The notes under the pieces were generated by a model. That model made no database searches and was not told where the DNA came from. It worked only from the letters and a program-made list of their open reading frames with translations. A DNA stretch of 64,000 bases from the NCBI GenBank assembly GCA_951406725.2, contig OX597840.1, positions 13,702,001 to 13,766,000 on the forward strand. Direction: 5' to 3'. This document shows positions 51,643-64,000 of this stretch, piece after piece (the stretch's first letter is position 1; each line of letters begins with the position of its first letter). Made by a program: the position numbers and the translations under genes. This stretch comes from Octopus vulgaris (lineage: Eukaryota).

Positions 51643-52384
51643 TGTTTATTTTTTCCTCTTTTTAATGTAGAGTTAATTCTGATTGGCCACCTTTTTGTTT
51701 TATTCATCATTCTTTAAATCTTCAGAAAGCTTTGTAGATCTTCATTGTTCTAGGTATTGGAATCATTTGTAGTGTATGAATTAAGGAGTTTCATTCCTTC
51801 CCTACTTCTAGCCATATGACAAAAGGATATGCACCGACCTAGCAGGTGGATACATACTCTGTTGCTCTTGAGTACAGTATTTGTAAACTCCTTACCAATG
51901 GTCCATAGATGTTCTCTTACTCTTGTATTTTTTTTACCTCATTGGTGTCCAGAGAACAGCTGATTCACACAGCAGAGCCAAAGCATATCTTTTTACATAA
52001 TAACATTCATACACATATACATACATAGCAAAGCCCAAGTGGGTAAAAAGACCCCACACAATAATATTTAGCTGGCTGTGTTTTAATTGCGAAGCTCCAC
52101 CAATATTCTTTTGATCCATCAGTACCAATCTAGTCATCTTTACCTGCTGATATTTTCTTTTTTCCTATTCTAGTCCAGATTATTCTGGCCACAGCATCAT
52201 GCATAGGAGTAGGTGTATGGTAAGTAGCTTGCTTACCAACTACATGGTTCCGGGTTCAGTCCCACTGTGTGACACCTTGGGCAAGTGTCTTCTACTATAG
52301 CCTTGGGCTGACCAAAGCTTTGTGAGGGGATTTGGTAGACGGAATCTGAAAGAAGCCCACCCTATATATGTGTATATATATATA

Positions 52385-52421
<37 letters not shown>

Positions 52422-52573
52422 AGCCCAAGGTGCCACGTAATGGGACTGAACCCAGAACCATGTAGTTGGTAAGCAAGCTACTTACCACACAGCCACATAC
52501 ATACATACATAGTGGCGAAAGCAGTTAACCGCTGTGTGTTCTTAATACTTACCCCATGCTATGTTATTTAATC

Positions 52574-53100
52574 TCAATGATAAAAGTTGAAATGTTTTAA
52601 CCAATGCACAGCAATACAATCTTGACCAGGGGATATTCCATTTGATATTCTTATCAGGACTGTATCTAGTACCAAAGTGTTGATTTTATAATTTTTGGTC
52701 AGCATGCTATTTTGATTTGTCTCCCCATTGAGCTTTTTCATTGAATTTATCATTCCTTCCCAAATTGATCTCCAGTAGCTTTCCATTTATTTTATTGATG
52801 AGATATTTTTTACTGATTGTGTGTTGTTTTTGCTGAAGCTACAACAGACTGGTTTGGGATTTCTAGCAATCAATCTGTTCAGAGTTTTCCGTTTATACGG
52901 GTTTATACTTTAATTTCTCAGCTGCAGCTGTTAGTTCTTGTTTCAGCTGATGAAATTTGGAATCTAAGGATTTTGTTTTTGATTCCCCAAAACTACTTTC
53001 CTAGTTTATCTTTTGGCCATTTCTGGCGTTTTGTAAATTTATTGATAGTGTTATAATCATGATAACCTGTGAGATAGTTCTTCAAAGAAACAGGATTTTA
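52574..53100 (-). mobile_element. R4/Dong-like LINE remnant upstream of the RT domain
   Basis: MESYWRSIWEG ... SPGQDCIAVHWLKHF. Confidence 0.6.
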
Positions 53101-53330
53101 TTTTTCAACTTGGGAACATTCAGAGCAATGTTCTAGATATTTGCCTCTGTCTTAATTGTGCAGATCTATAAGTGGGTTCTGATTCAATAGACTTTGATAG
53201 CTTCCTGCCTATGTATATATATATATATATAACAATTGCAGCATGGAAGGTGTTTGTAAGCCATTTAAGAAACACACAAAAGCTGTTCGACATTTAAGTT
53301 TCAACATTAAGCTTCAACATTTAAGTTTAA

Positions 53331-53380
53331 TTTGTCAAAATATTTTCGTCGCTAAAATCCGCGACCTGTTCACTGACAAA
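53331..53380 (-). ncRNA. Hammerhead-like motif with a G3:C8 core
   Basis: TTTGTCA-GTGAACA-G-GTCGC ggatttta GCGAC-GAAA-ATAT-TT-TGACAAA; second copy at 60922-60982. Confidence 0.65.
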
Positions 53381-53869
53381 AATCTGTGCTATCATTGCTA
53401 TTATGCATAGTGTCATAAGCCCAAACGTTGCTTTTTCAGAATATGAAAAAATAGTTTCACCATTCCATAGCAAAACCATTGTATTATATTTTGACAATTT
53501 TTGATATCTTGGTATCTGAAGTAGCTGGAGATACAACAGTTTGACCAAAAGAACCAGCTATTGCAAGCAAAAATAGATATTGGAAAAACACATTTGACCA
53601 AATTTAGACATACGACAGTTTAACATAATAGCAATGATATATATATATAGTTCAGTAAAACTTTGATTCTGTTGAATATGGTACTTAAGTTAGAATTTAG
53701 AAAACTATATAAATGAATCCTTTGAATTTAACTAAATCTTATATTTTTATGCAGCTGAAGATTGCTCTACATTTTAAAACTGATGTAATATTTACATTGT
53801 TCAATTAAATGGAGTTGCATGAAATGATCGTGCTGCATTACCTCTGGATATCCTTGTTGCTTATTTTGA

Positions 53870-53910
<41 letters not shown>

Positions 53911-53911
53911 T

Positions 53912-53973
<62 letters not shown>

Positions 53974-55896
53974 TATATCATATATATATACACATATATC
54001 ATATATATGTGTGTATATGTATGTCTATGTGTGTGTATGTGTATTTGTTTGTATGACTGCATGTATGTTTGTGTGTACAAATGTGCATGTATGTATGTGT
54101 GTGTGTGTGCATGCATGCATGTAAGTAGTGCACTTAAGTTGCTGGCCATTACAAACGCAGTAATAATGAAATTCGAGATAGTTGCAGATCCGTCCTTCTT
54201 CATAAATCAAATTTCGATAGAACCATCGTGTCCACCGGGTTCCTTTTCTTCCATTTTACCTTTATGTTCCTTTTGTTGCTCAATTGCACTGCTTAATTCA
54301 GAAATAGTTTTCTTGTTTTCCAAAGAAAATATCAGAATCTGCACAGATGGACAATCTTTCTTCAAACTGATCAGAAGACTCCTATCAACAACCTCTCATA
54401 CACATGGTTTTCATTGCCATTTACAATATCAACCTGAATCTAGTTCATACTTCATATTACATATTTGAGTATTTTAATGACTTTACTGCGGAGCAGATTC
54501 CAACTTTTATATATGCGTTAGAAATATGCCAAGAATAATTACTCAGGGTAGGCAGTTGGTGACGTTTATGTAGTAAAACACAAAAAAGTAAGCGAAACAC
54601 AGGTGTGCGACTGAGTTGTAGGCTGATTTACTTCTGCCTTTATAGTGTGTAAAGAAAACGTTGTTGTAGGAATGTACGCAGCATGTGTACTACAGCAGTT
54701 CTATGCATAGTTTTTATACTGAGATTGAAAGGCAAGGGTGAATTGCGCCTACCTAATCTATAAGAAATAAAATATTTTGCATTTTATGCATAGTAACAAG
54801 AGTAACCTTCATAATTTTATTGAATTAGATGCATATTTTGCCATAAAAGGAAAATGTTACTATCGATCTATTTCATTCAGGGTAGGCACTACCTACCTTG
54901 CCTACCCAGGCGGCATGTCCCTGATATGCATCGAACATTGCACAACTCCTATAATTTTCCTGTTGGCTTTCGTAACACTGATTATTTCTGTTAGTGGGGC
55001 ATGTCTGCTTGTGTTCACTTAATTCATTTGCAAGATGGTTGGCATTCTGTCTGTCTGTCTGTCTATCTCTATGTATGGTGCAAGTCAACTCAGGACTAAG
55101 ACCACTTTTTAAACTCATTGAATCTGAGTATACATTCCAAGAGTCAAAGAAGTTTCTGAGCATGAATTTGTTAGCCCTGAACCCACTTTTCAGGGCAATC
55201 AGCTATGAAGCCAGGGGAACAACAGAGGCTGAGATGACCGGAAACTAGCTGCACTTCATGTAGTTTTCTAATATGAGTTTACCTTCTCTGAAAGGAAGTT
55301 CTAATGAGAACTACAAGTTACATGCTCACACACACACACACACACACACACGTGCATGCACACACACACACACACACAACACACACATACAACAGTGGAG
55401 GAATAAAGGGAAATGTTAGGACTGGAAACAAGATGGAAGTGACATCGTATCAAGAAGCAGGGCATTTGAACAGCATCTTTCATAATCAAGTCTCTGAGGT
55501 GAATGGATGTGTGGAGCAGATGTCAGAGGGATAGGAGTTTCTGGTCAAAGGCTGGAATAGTCTACACATGTTGCTATGTCCAACAAGTTCTTCCAGTCTT
55601 GGTGGAACAGTTACATCCAACAAGTTTTTCTGAATCTTTATATCCTGCTGTGAAGTTCATCTCGAAGTAAGAGCATTCTTACTTTTGCTGTCCCATTTAC
55701 AACTTATTTTGGGGTACTGTTTATCTGTCATAGGGATATTTTTTCTTCTTCCTTTCTACAGCTGATGTTCAATATGGCTACATGGATAAGGATCAGAAAG
55801 ACATTTTGAGACGGTTTTCTGATGAATGTGATGTGATGGCCTGGACCAAAAAAGTGAAGCTCATTGCAAAACTGCTGGGAATACAAAACATAGCTA

Positions 55897-56809
55897 CGAG
55901 AGGGTACCCAAAACAAAATGGAATTTTGCAATATCATTTTATCCACTTAGTTTTATATGTTTACACTTTTATCACCTCTAAAGTATTCTCCATTTGAAGC
56001 AATGCATCGATTCAGACATGTTTTCCACTGTTCAAAGCAGTGCTGGAACTCTTGCAAAGTGATGCCTTTATACCTTTTAATTCCTCTGTCGTTGTTTTCT
56101 TCTCCTCTTCCACATCTGAAAATTCCATAGCTCCAGCTTTTATCACCAGTGATGACCTCCAAAAAAAGGTCTGGACCAACTTCCAACTCTCCTTTCAATT
56201 CATGACACCCTTTCATTCATGACTGCTTTTGATCTTCTGTGAGCAAGCGAGGCACGAAATTTGCTGCAACTCTTTTCATTAGCAATCCCTTGCTCAAAAT
56301 TCGATGGCAGGAGCTCCAGGACACTCTAGTCATATCAACAACTTCATTAAATGTTTGGTGGTGCTCCTCCAAGATCAGTTCATAAATTTTTGTGATGCTT
56401 TCATTTGTTCAGGAGATCAATGGTTGCCCTGAATGAGGTTGGCCTTCAAACAATCAGTGATCATTCCTAAAACATGGAAACTTCTCATAAAGGTGTGTTT
56501 TGCTCATGACAGCATCCTTGTAAGCAGTATGAAGCATGACGACTGCTTTGGCTGTTGTTTGTCCCAGCAGGAAACAGAATTTCACAAAGCACACTGTTTC
56601 TTCATTTCACTCATTGCAAAATTCGATGAACAGCAGGGAAGCACTCCAAAACAAAGATGCATCATGTGGCAGTATGACCTGACCTAATGCTACCGGTCTG
56701 CAGACTGATGCCTGGGGGTCACATAAAGTGGCTTCTAGCAGCAGAAGCCTGATCTACAATGGGCTTGTCCCACAGAGAACGTTTCTGGTTACTTTTGGGT
56801 ACCTCCTCA
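55897..56809 (-). mobile_element. Internally deleted mariner with both TIRs and TA TSD
   Basis: TA-CGAGAGGGTACCCAAAA ... TTTTGGGTACCTCCTCA-TA; DLFLEVITGDKSWSYG and FQHCFEQWKTCLNRCIASNGEYFRGD. Confidence 0.9.
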
Positions 56810-57805
56810 TAGTCTTATGCCACTTTACTCAGAAAGAAGAGCGGGATGAGGCAGACCAGTTTAAAGTTGAGAAAACTGAAAAGTGAGAGGAAGGATGTGT
56901 GCATGGAAAGAGCATTTAAGGCCTACAGCAAAGTTGGGGGAGTGAGATGGATGGGTGAATAAACTGGCAAACTATATGAGTAAGATCAGGAGATTAACTG
57001 GGTAATTCGGGTTTACCAGTGGAACAATGGAGCCAGTGTGAAGCTGGCTTTTGTGACTGGTTACCCTGATCATATCTTATTGAAGTTGCGGCAGCTGCTG
57101 GACACCAATATGATGTCAGTGGGTGACAAAAGAAATAAATAAATATGATATAAACTACACTATGAAACAAAATGAAGAGGGGATTTTTGAAGCTGGAAAA
57201 GTGATTCTGGAATGGTGTTTCAAAGAAAAAAAGAAAACCAACGGAAACCCAAAAATATTATGTACTTAAAAATTATGTTATGAAAATGAAGGGATAAATA
57301 TTTAGGATTCTTTAAAGATTGGAAATTCAACAATTGATAAGATATTCGAAGAGATGCTGGATTGTCGTTGCAGAAGGTAAAATAAACCCCCAAAATATCA
57401 TGTACCTCCAAGTGTGATGAAAATTACCTTGAGGAACAAAGGAAATATCAAGGATTTACAAACTATTCAACCAAATAAAACCAAAAAAATATATATATAT
57501 ATAATAATAATAGATCAGACTAAATTCTTCAACTGGACAACTTCAGGAATATCAACCCCAATAGGAGCAAATTACTGCTGTATATTACGTAACAATACAT
57601 GATTGAAAATAATCTATCTCTGGCCTGTTTATTGTTAAGATTTGCCGATAAATATCTTGTGTGTACAATCGCCATTTTAGGGGTTTAGCGGGAATACTCT
57701 CAATATATTAAACAAACATTTAGATTCACTCTTTTAATTTATTTCTCTTGAAGTATTCATGAAAAAGAAGGAAAAGTTAAAATACAATAAAACAAATTTA
57801 TTCTT

Positions 57806-58287
57806 GTAACCTTTTCGTTACCGACCCAGCTGAAACCGGCTCTGGTTCTGTAGTACAAATGTCTTGTTTTCATAAGTTTTGAATTAAAATCTTCCACCAA
57901 ACCTTAGTCACAATTTATGTTCCTAACACTAGCTGAATGATAACTAAGTTATTTTACTAAATTCTTTGTTATATTTAAAGTGATTGAAAGAAACACAGAA
58001 CATCTCAACAGAAATACGGTAACAAAAGGGTTAAAATATATATAATAGAGAAGCAATTCTTAACCCTTTTGTTACCAACCCGGCTGAAACTGGCTCCGGC
58101 TCTGAGTACAAATGTCTTGTTTTCATAAGTTTTGAATTAAAATCTTCCACCAAACTTTAGCCACAATTTATGTTCCTAACACTAACTTAATAATAACTAA
58201 GTTATTTTACTAAATTCTTTGTTATATTTAAAATAATTAAAAGAAACACAAAGCATCTCAAAATAAATACGGTAATGAAAGGGTTAA
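57806..58287 (+). mobile_element. TTAA MITE dimer
   Basis: Same two units and spacer as 24934-25416. Confidence 0.85.
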
Positions 58288-58514
58288 ATCATTATCAATG
58301 CAAAGAAAGACTTTTGTGTTCATTGGCTCTGATATTGGTTTCAAATTTTGGCACAAGGCCAGCAAGTTCGAAAGTTATATCTATCTCAAAAGACAAATTC
58401 GACCCCAGCAGAATTTGAACTCAGAACACGAAGATGGATGTCTGTTGCTAAGTGTTTTGCCTGATGTGTTAATGACTCTGCCAGCTCATCACCCTGCATT
58501 GGATCTGATATCAA

Positions 58515-58850
58515 AAACAGTTCCATCAGCATTAAAGATCTATTTATCATCTTACATTTCTTCTTCAATAAGACTTTGAAATTCTATTTTAAATCTCTCT
58601 GAAGTTTCTTAATCAGCATTAGTGAACTTATTTTGCATTCTTACAATCCAGACTAGTTTTTGAAATGTTTGAATCATCCTGAGACATCTTTGGTTCATCT
58701 TCTCCTTTCAAGACGAAGAACAGTCTCAACATTTTGGTAATGCTGGCACTCAATGGAGTTTGCAATTCATATGATTAATAAATGTTCCATTTCAATCATC
58801 TTCTCACCCTGATTGCTGTCCAAGATGAAATCATCTGTCTTTTTTCTAAT
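58515..58850 (-). mobile_element. pogo/Tigger transposase remnant
   Basis: AD*ETSERFKIEFQSLIEEEM..IFNADGT resembles the QIFNADETG motif. Confidence 0.6.
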
Positions 58851-58869
58851 AATTCTTTTCTTTTTCTTT

Positions 58870-59072
58870 TCTTTTACTCGTTTCAGTCATTTGACTGCGG
58901 CCATGCTGGAGCACCGCCTTTAGTCGAGCAACTCGACCCCGGGACTTATTCTTTTTGTAAGCCCAGTACTTATTCTATCGGTCTCTTTTTGCCGAACCGC
59001 TAAGTGACGGGGACGTAAACACACCAGCATCGGTTGTCAAGCAATGCTAGGGGAACAAGCACAGACACACAA

Positions 59073-59107
<35 letters not shown>

Positions 59108-59272
59108 CATATATACGACAGGCTTCTTTCAGTTTCCATCTACCAAATCCACTCACAACTCATTGGTCGGCCCGAGGCTATAGCAGAAGGCACTTGCCCA
59201 AGATGCCACGCAGTGGGACTGAACCCGGAACAATGTGGTTGGTTAGCAAGCTACTTACCACACAGCCACTCC
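58870..59272 (-). mobile_element. SINE family A, full length
   Basis: Matches the family pattern. Confidence 0.9.
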
Positions 59273-60731
59273 TAATCTTCATTTTGCTTTTGAATGAGCC
59301 GTAGGATTGCTTTAATCAACCCAAATAAGGGGGCAATCTCTGACCTTCTTGCCTGCACTTTTTCCATGTTTATTTTTGTTTTTTTGTTTTTAATGCTGCC
59401 ATCCCCACCCGCATTTTCTCTTTTCTTTCAATAAAATGGGGAAAATATTAGATAATCAAGAAAAGTAAGTGGTCCGATGAGGAAATAACTGAAACAACAA
59501 ACATTTCTGCTGCCGGCTGCAAGTTGTTGCTCTGACAACAGAATAGGCTATGAAATTAAAATTCTTTTACACAAGACTCTATTGTCTGAAATTATCTTAG
59601 CTTAAATAAAATCAGGATATAATTAATAAACCATGTAAACTCACACACACACACACTCTCTCTCTCTTTCTGACCCAAGGTTAACTGAGCCTAAAACCAT
59701 GCTATTGGAAAGCAAGTTAATTATGGGAAGATAATTTAATTAAACAATTTGGGCCAAGATGGAAAAGAAGGAGTAACAAAGAAAAAATTGGAAGCACATC
59801 ATGACCAGTTGTAGGAAGGAATTAAGAGAGGTGATTTATCAAGAGTTATGCCCTTGCCCCACAAAAAAACTGTTCATAGTGACTGCCAGTAAAAATGATC
59901 TGAATTGAGGGTAGCATTGGGCTAATATGTGTGCAGCAGGTTTTGAAGTGGTTATTGCATAGATGGCCAAATTTGTAAACATATATGTGGTAAATGTGTT
60001 AAGTGTGTTTATGTGCGTATGGTTTGGTGTGGTCAGAACTTTGCTGGGCTCTCAGATTGTGATGGTGGAGGTCCTCATGTGTATAATTGTGGTGGAACTT
60101 GTAGGTAAGTGATCATGTATTTTTTTATAAGGGCATGAGTGGAATAATTTACTCCTGCAGTTTAAATGGGTGTCTAATTGAAGAGAACTTTTTAATATAA
60201 TTCTTTTTTCTTATTTGCTTAGGCATAGCTTGCACTTCTCCAACACTCATCACTCTTTTCCTTCAATGACCATACATGCCTAGCCATGGCTGTGATATTG
60301 TGTTTCTCCTGGATATTAAAGGGAGACTTATGGTTGTTAATTCAGGTTTTGAAAGGATCTTCTGTCATGCCCACAAACTTCCAAACAACACACTATCTGC
60401 TTGGGGTCCTTTGATGACACATATACAATTGCCTTTTTGTTGCAGTAGTCATTAATAGAATATATAGTGTTGCTTGTGTACAAGCATCCTGCCTCTGTTT
60501 CAAGTATGGATTTACCTAACAATATTTTGTTTATACTAGATGCACAGCTAAAAGAAACACTCAAGATGTGTCTGTTAAATATTTTGTGGAACCTATTTAT
60601 AAACAGAAAGTGTTTATCTCTAAGCTAAGGAAGATCATACCTACACAAGTTTATATGCTTATCCACCCATACATCTGTACAATCATCCATCCAGCTCTCT
60701 TTCTCTCTCTCCCCCTCACTTTCCCTTCCTC

Positions 60732-61278
<547 letters not shown>

Positions 61279-61879
61279 TAGGTAGATACATACATACATG
61301 CATACATAAGTATATTGTTTCTGATTCTGACAGTTAAGAAATAGTTAATAAAGACTAATGCCAAAATCATTGATAATTTCTTCATCCTTTCTTTTCTTCT
61401 TAGTTTTGCTTGCTTTTTATATTTCCCTGTTTGTGTTGTGGAATCTCTGGCAAACTCCATGGAGGACGGCTGTCCACTTTGCAGGAACTGAGCTGATTCA
61501 TATGACGTGGGTGTGGTGTACTTTAAATCAATTGTTTATATATTTGCCCTTTTCTCTGTCTTGCAGTATATGTCTGTGCATGTGTGTGTATATGTGTGTG
61601 TGTGTGCATGTATGTATGGAGGTAGGTAGATAAGTAGGTTGGTATGCATATATGTAGCAGTGACTTGGCAGAATCATTAGAACATTCTATAAAATGTCTT
61701 TACAATTAAAGTTCAAATCCAGCAAAGGTCAATCTATCTTTCATTCTCTCAGAAATACAGTTTCAGCCAAGTTCTTCTTTCCTCCAGCTTCTTTCCCTCC
61801 AGCTGTTAAATTATGGACATCCTTCAGGATGAAGAGTGGGTAAGTCAAGAGCCCGTCCCTGCATGCTAGCCTTATTTCT

Positions 61880-62600
61880 TTCCTATTTTTTCATATCCTC
61901 TGTGTTCAAGACCCATATCTCATTACCATGTAGCATTGCAGTTCTAACACAAACATCGTATAATCTGCCCATCACTCTATGGGAAAAGACATCTGTTGCC
62001 AATAACAACAGTAGCTCCCTGAACGTTTCCCAGCCTGTTCTTACCCTGGTTGCCATACTCCCAGAACAACCACCTTCACTGCCATGCATGTCATGACTTC
62101 CAGTAAGTCTCCTGAGAATTTAAGAGAATGCATTTTAGGTGTGCTCTTTGTGTTTGTTGCCTCAGTGCATCTGCCACATACAAATCCTGCCTTCATTGTT
62201 ACTCTGTCTCTGATTACACCGAGTAAAGCATATGGAGTTCCGGCTTACTCATTTTCTACATCCTGAGCAAGGCTTTTTTCCCTGCTGGAACCATGATCCT
62301 GTCTTCTGTTTTACTTCTAACTTATGCTATGTTTACTGTGAGACTCTTGATTCTAGCTTCCATGTCTGGAATTTCTACTGTTATTCTACTAAAGATTCAG
62401 CTGTAAGAACTAAATCATCAACATAAAATCGTTCCCAAGGACAATCAGTCATGAAGTCCTCTGTGAAGGTCTGTTGGACTATGTGGGTTGTGGACTGAAC
62501 ATTTATGGACTCCTGTCTTCATGCTGAAGTCATTGTTAAACTCATTGCTGACTTTTACATTATTAACTGCTCCCTTGCATATAGGTTGTACAGATCTAAC
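61880..62600 (-). mobile_element. RTE LINE RT/thumb remnant
   Basis: GGCSGSMATRVRTGWETFRELLLLL..GRLYDVCVRTAMLHGNEIWVL. Confidence 0.8.
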
Positions 62601-63109
62601 AAGCCTTTCATTTTAGACTTTCAAGAACTGTACATGATGATCCAGTCTCAGTCTTTTCTATTGTTATTGCTGTAGGATGTGCTCTGATGAACTCCCTTAA
62701 TTCCAGATCACCTGACTTGAAACGCAGAGTATCTTCACCCAAATGCTGTTGTGCTTCAATGACTAAGGAAACCTTTCAAGGGTCACAACTTTGGAACTAT
62801 CTTCCTTCTTATTTTTTTTTCTCCTTCTTATGACCTGAACTCTTTCAGGTCTGAAGAAAGTTCATTCCTTTTGTCTTAACTTCTTCCTCATAGTCCCTTA
62901 CGCTAAATGGCTTCTCACCTTATTTGGGGCTTTCTTATATTTAAAAAAAACCCCATTAGATTACTGAGTATGGTACCCAGTCAAAATATTTCTCTAAGTT
63001 ATCAAATGCCATGTATAGTACTTTATCCTAAGTTAAGTACTTCTGGTGTTGCCTCACCTGGAAGGTGGCATCTGTGGCAGCATCTCTGAGTACAAAACCA
63101 AACTGATAG

Positions 63110-63826
63110 AGTGTGGCACTTCTTCACACAGCCGTATGAATGAAAACAGCCATATGAAGAAGTCCCGCACTATAACAGTGGAGGGAACCTGTGGAAGAGG
63201 TAGACACAGGAAGACATGGGATGAAGTGGTGAAGCATGATCTTTGAATGTTGGGCTTCACTGAAGCAATGCCAAGTGACCAATACTTTTGGCAATACACT
63301 GAGCTTGAGATGACCCATCAAGCTAAGTGAGATCATAGTCATAGCTGATGCTGGGGTCACATAACTGGCATGTAAAAAGCACCCTTCAAACATTGGGCAA
63401 TATGCTGTGCTTGAGGAGACCTGTCAAGCCAAGTGAAACTGTAGTCGTGGCTGATACCAGTGCCGTCTGACTGGCACCCAAGCTGGTGGCATGTAAAAAG
63501 CAGTATTTGAGCACTCGGCCTCATGGAGGCAGTGACAGGTGACTAAGACCTTTGGCAAGATACTGTGATTGTTTAGACCTGTCGAGCCAAGTGAGAGTGT
63601 ATTCTTGGCCAATGCTAGTGTCAGATCAATGGCACCTGTGCCAGTGGCACATAAAAAGCACCCACCACACTTTTGGAGTGGTTGGCATTAGGAAGGGCTT
63701 CCAGTTGTAGAAACCTTGCCAGATCAGATTGGAACCTGGTGCAGCTCCCTGGCTTATCAGTTCTCAGTTAAACCATCCAACCCATGCCAGCATGGAAAAC
63801 AAACGTTAAATGATGATGATGTTGAT
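63110..63826 (+). mobile_element. RTE LINE 3' end with (GAT)n tail
   Basis: VEGTCGRGRHRKTWDEVVKHDL, 3'UTR, AAACGTTAAATGATGATG. Confidence 0.85.
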
Positions 63827-64000
63827 GTGTCTCACTAACATTATTCTGTGGTATTTTTTTTGATCTCCCATATCCTCATCAAACCACTTCGATGTCTCCG
63901 TAATTTCCGCTCCCTTACGCATCTCCTTTGTCCCTGGGGCAATTTACATTGATACCGCTACACCAGTCATTCGCTATGACACCTTCCTGTATTAACTGAT

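Overview
AT-rich, microsatellite-laden eukaryotic DNA. The SINE and LINE repertoire suggests an octopus/coleoid cephalopod (inference). No host protein-coding gene can be firmly supported; the window looks like intergenic DNA or a large intron built mostly from transposon debris. It holds many copies of two tRNA-derived SINE families, RTE, CR1/L2 and R4/Dong LINE fragments, a Penelope-like GIY-YIG fragment, Tc1/mariner, pogo and hAT remnants, two non-autonomous Helitrons and TTAA (piggyBac-type) MITEs. Most ORFs in the track are microsatellite or SINE artefacts. The most interesting layer is non-coding. About ten hammerhead-ribozyme (HHR)-like motifs sit in Penelope-type terminal repeats, usually next to (TA)n tracts and often in long fold-back inverted repeats. 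They show all three C3:G8, U3:A8 and G3:C8 versions of the catalytic tertiary pair. Several divergent elements share a structurally conserved terminal hairpin, and one HHR forms the tail of a tRNA-headed SINE. All calls were made by eye; coordinates of decayed repeats are approximate.
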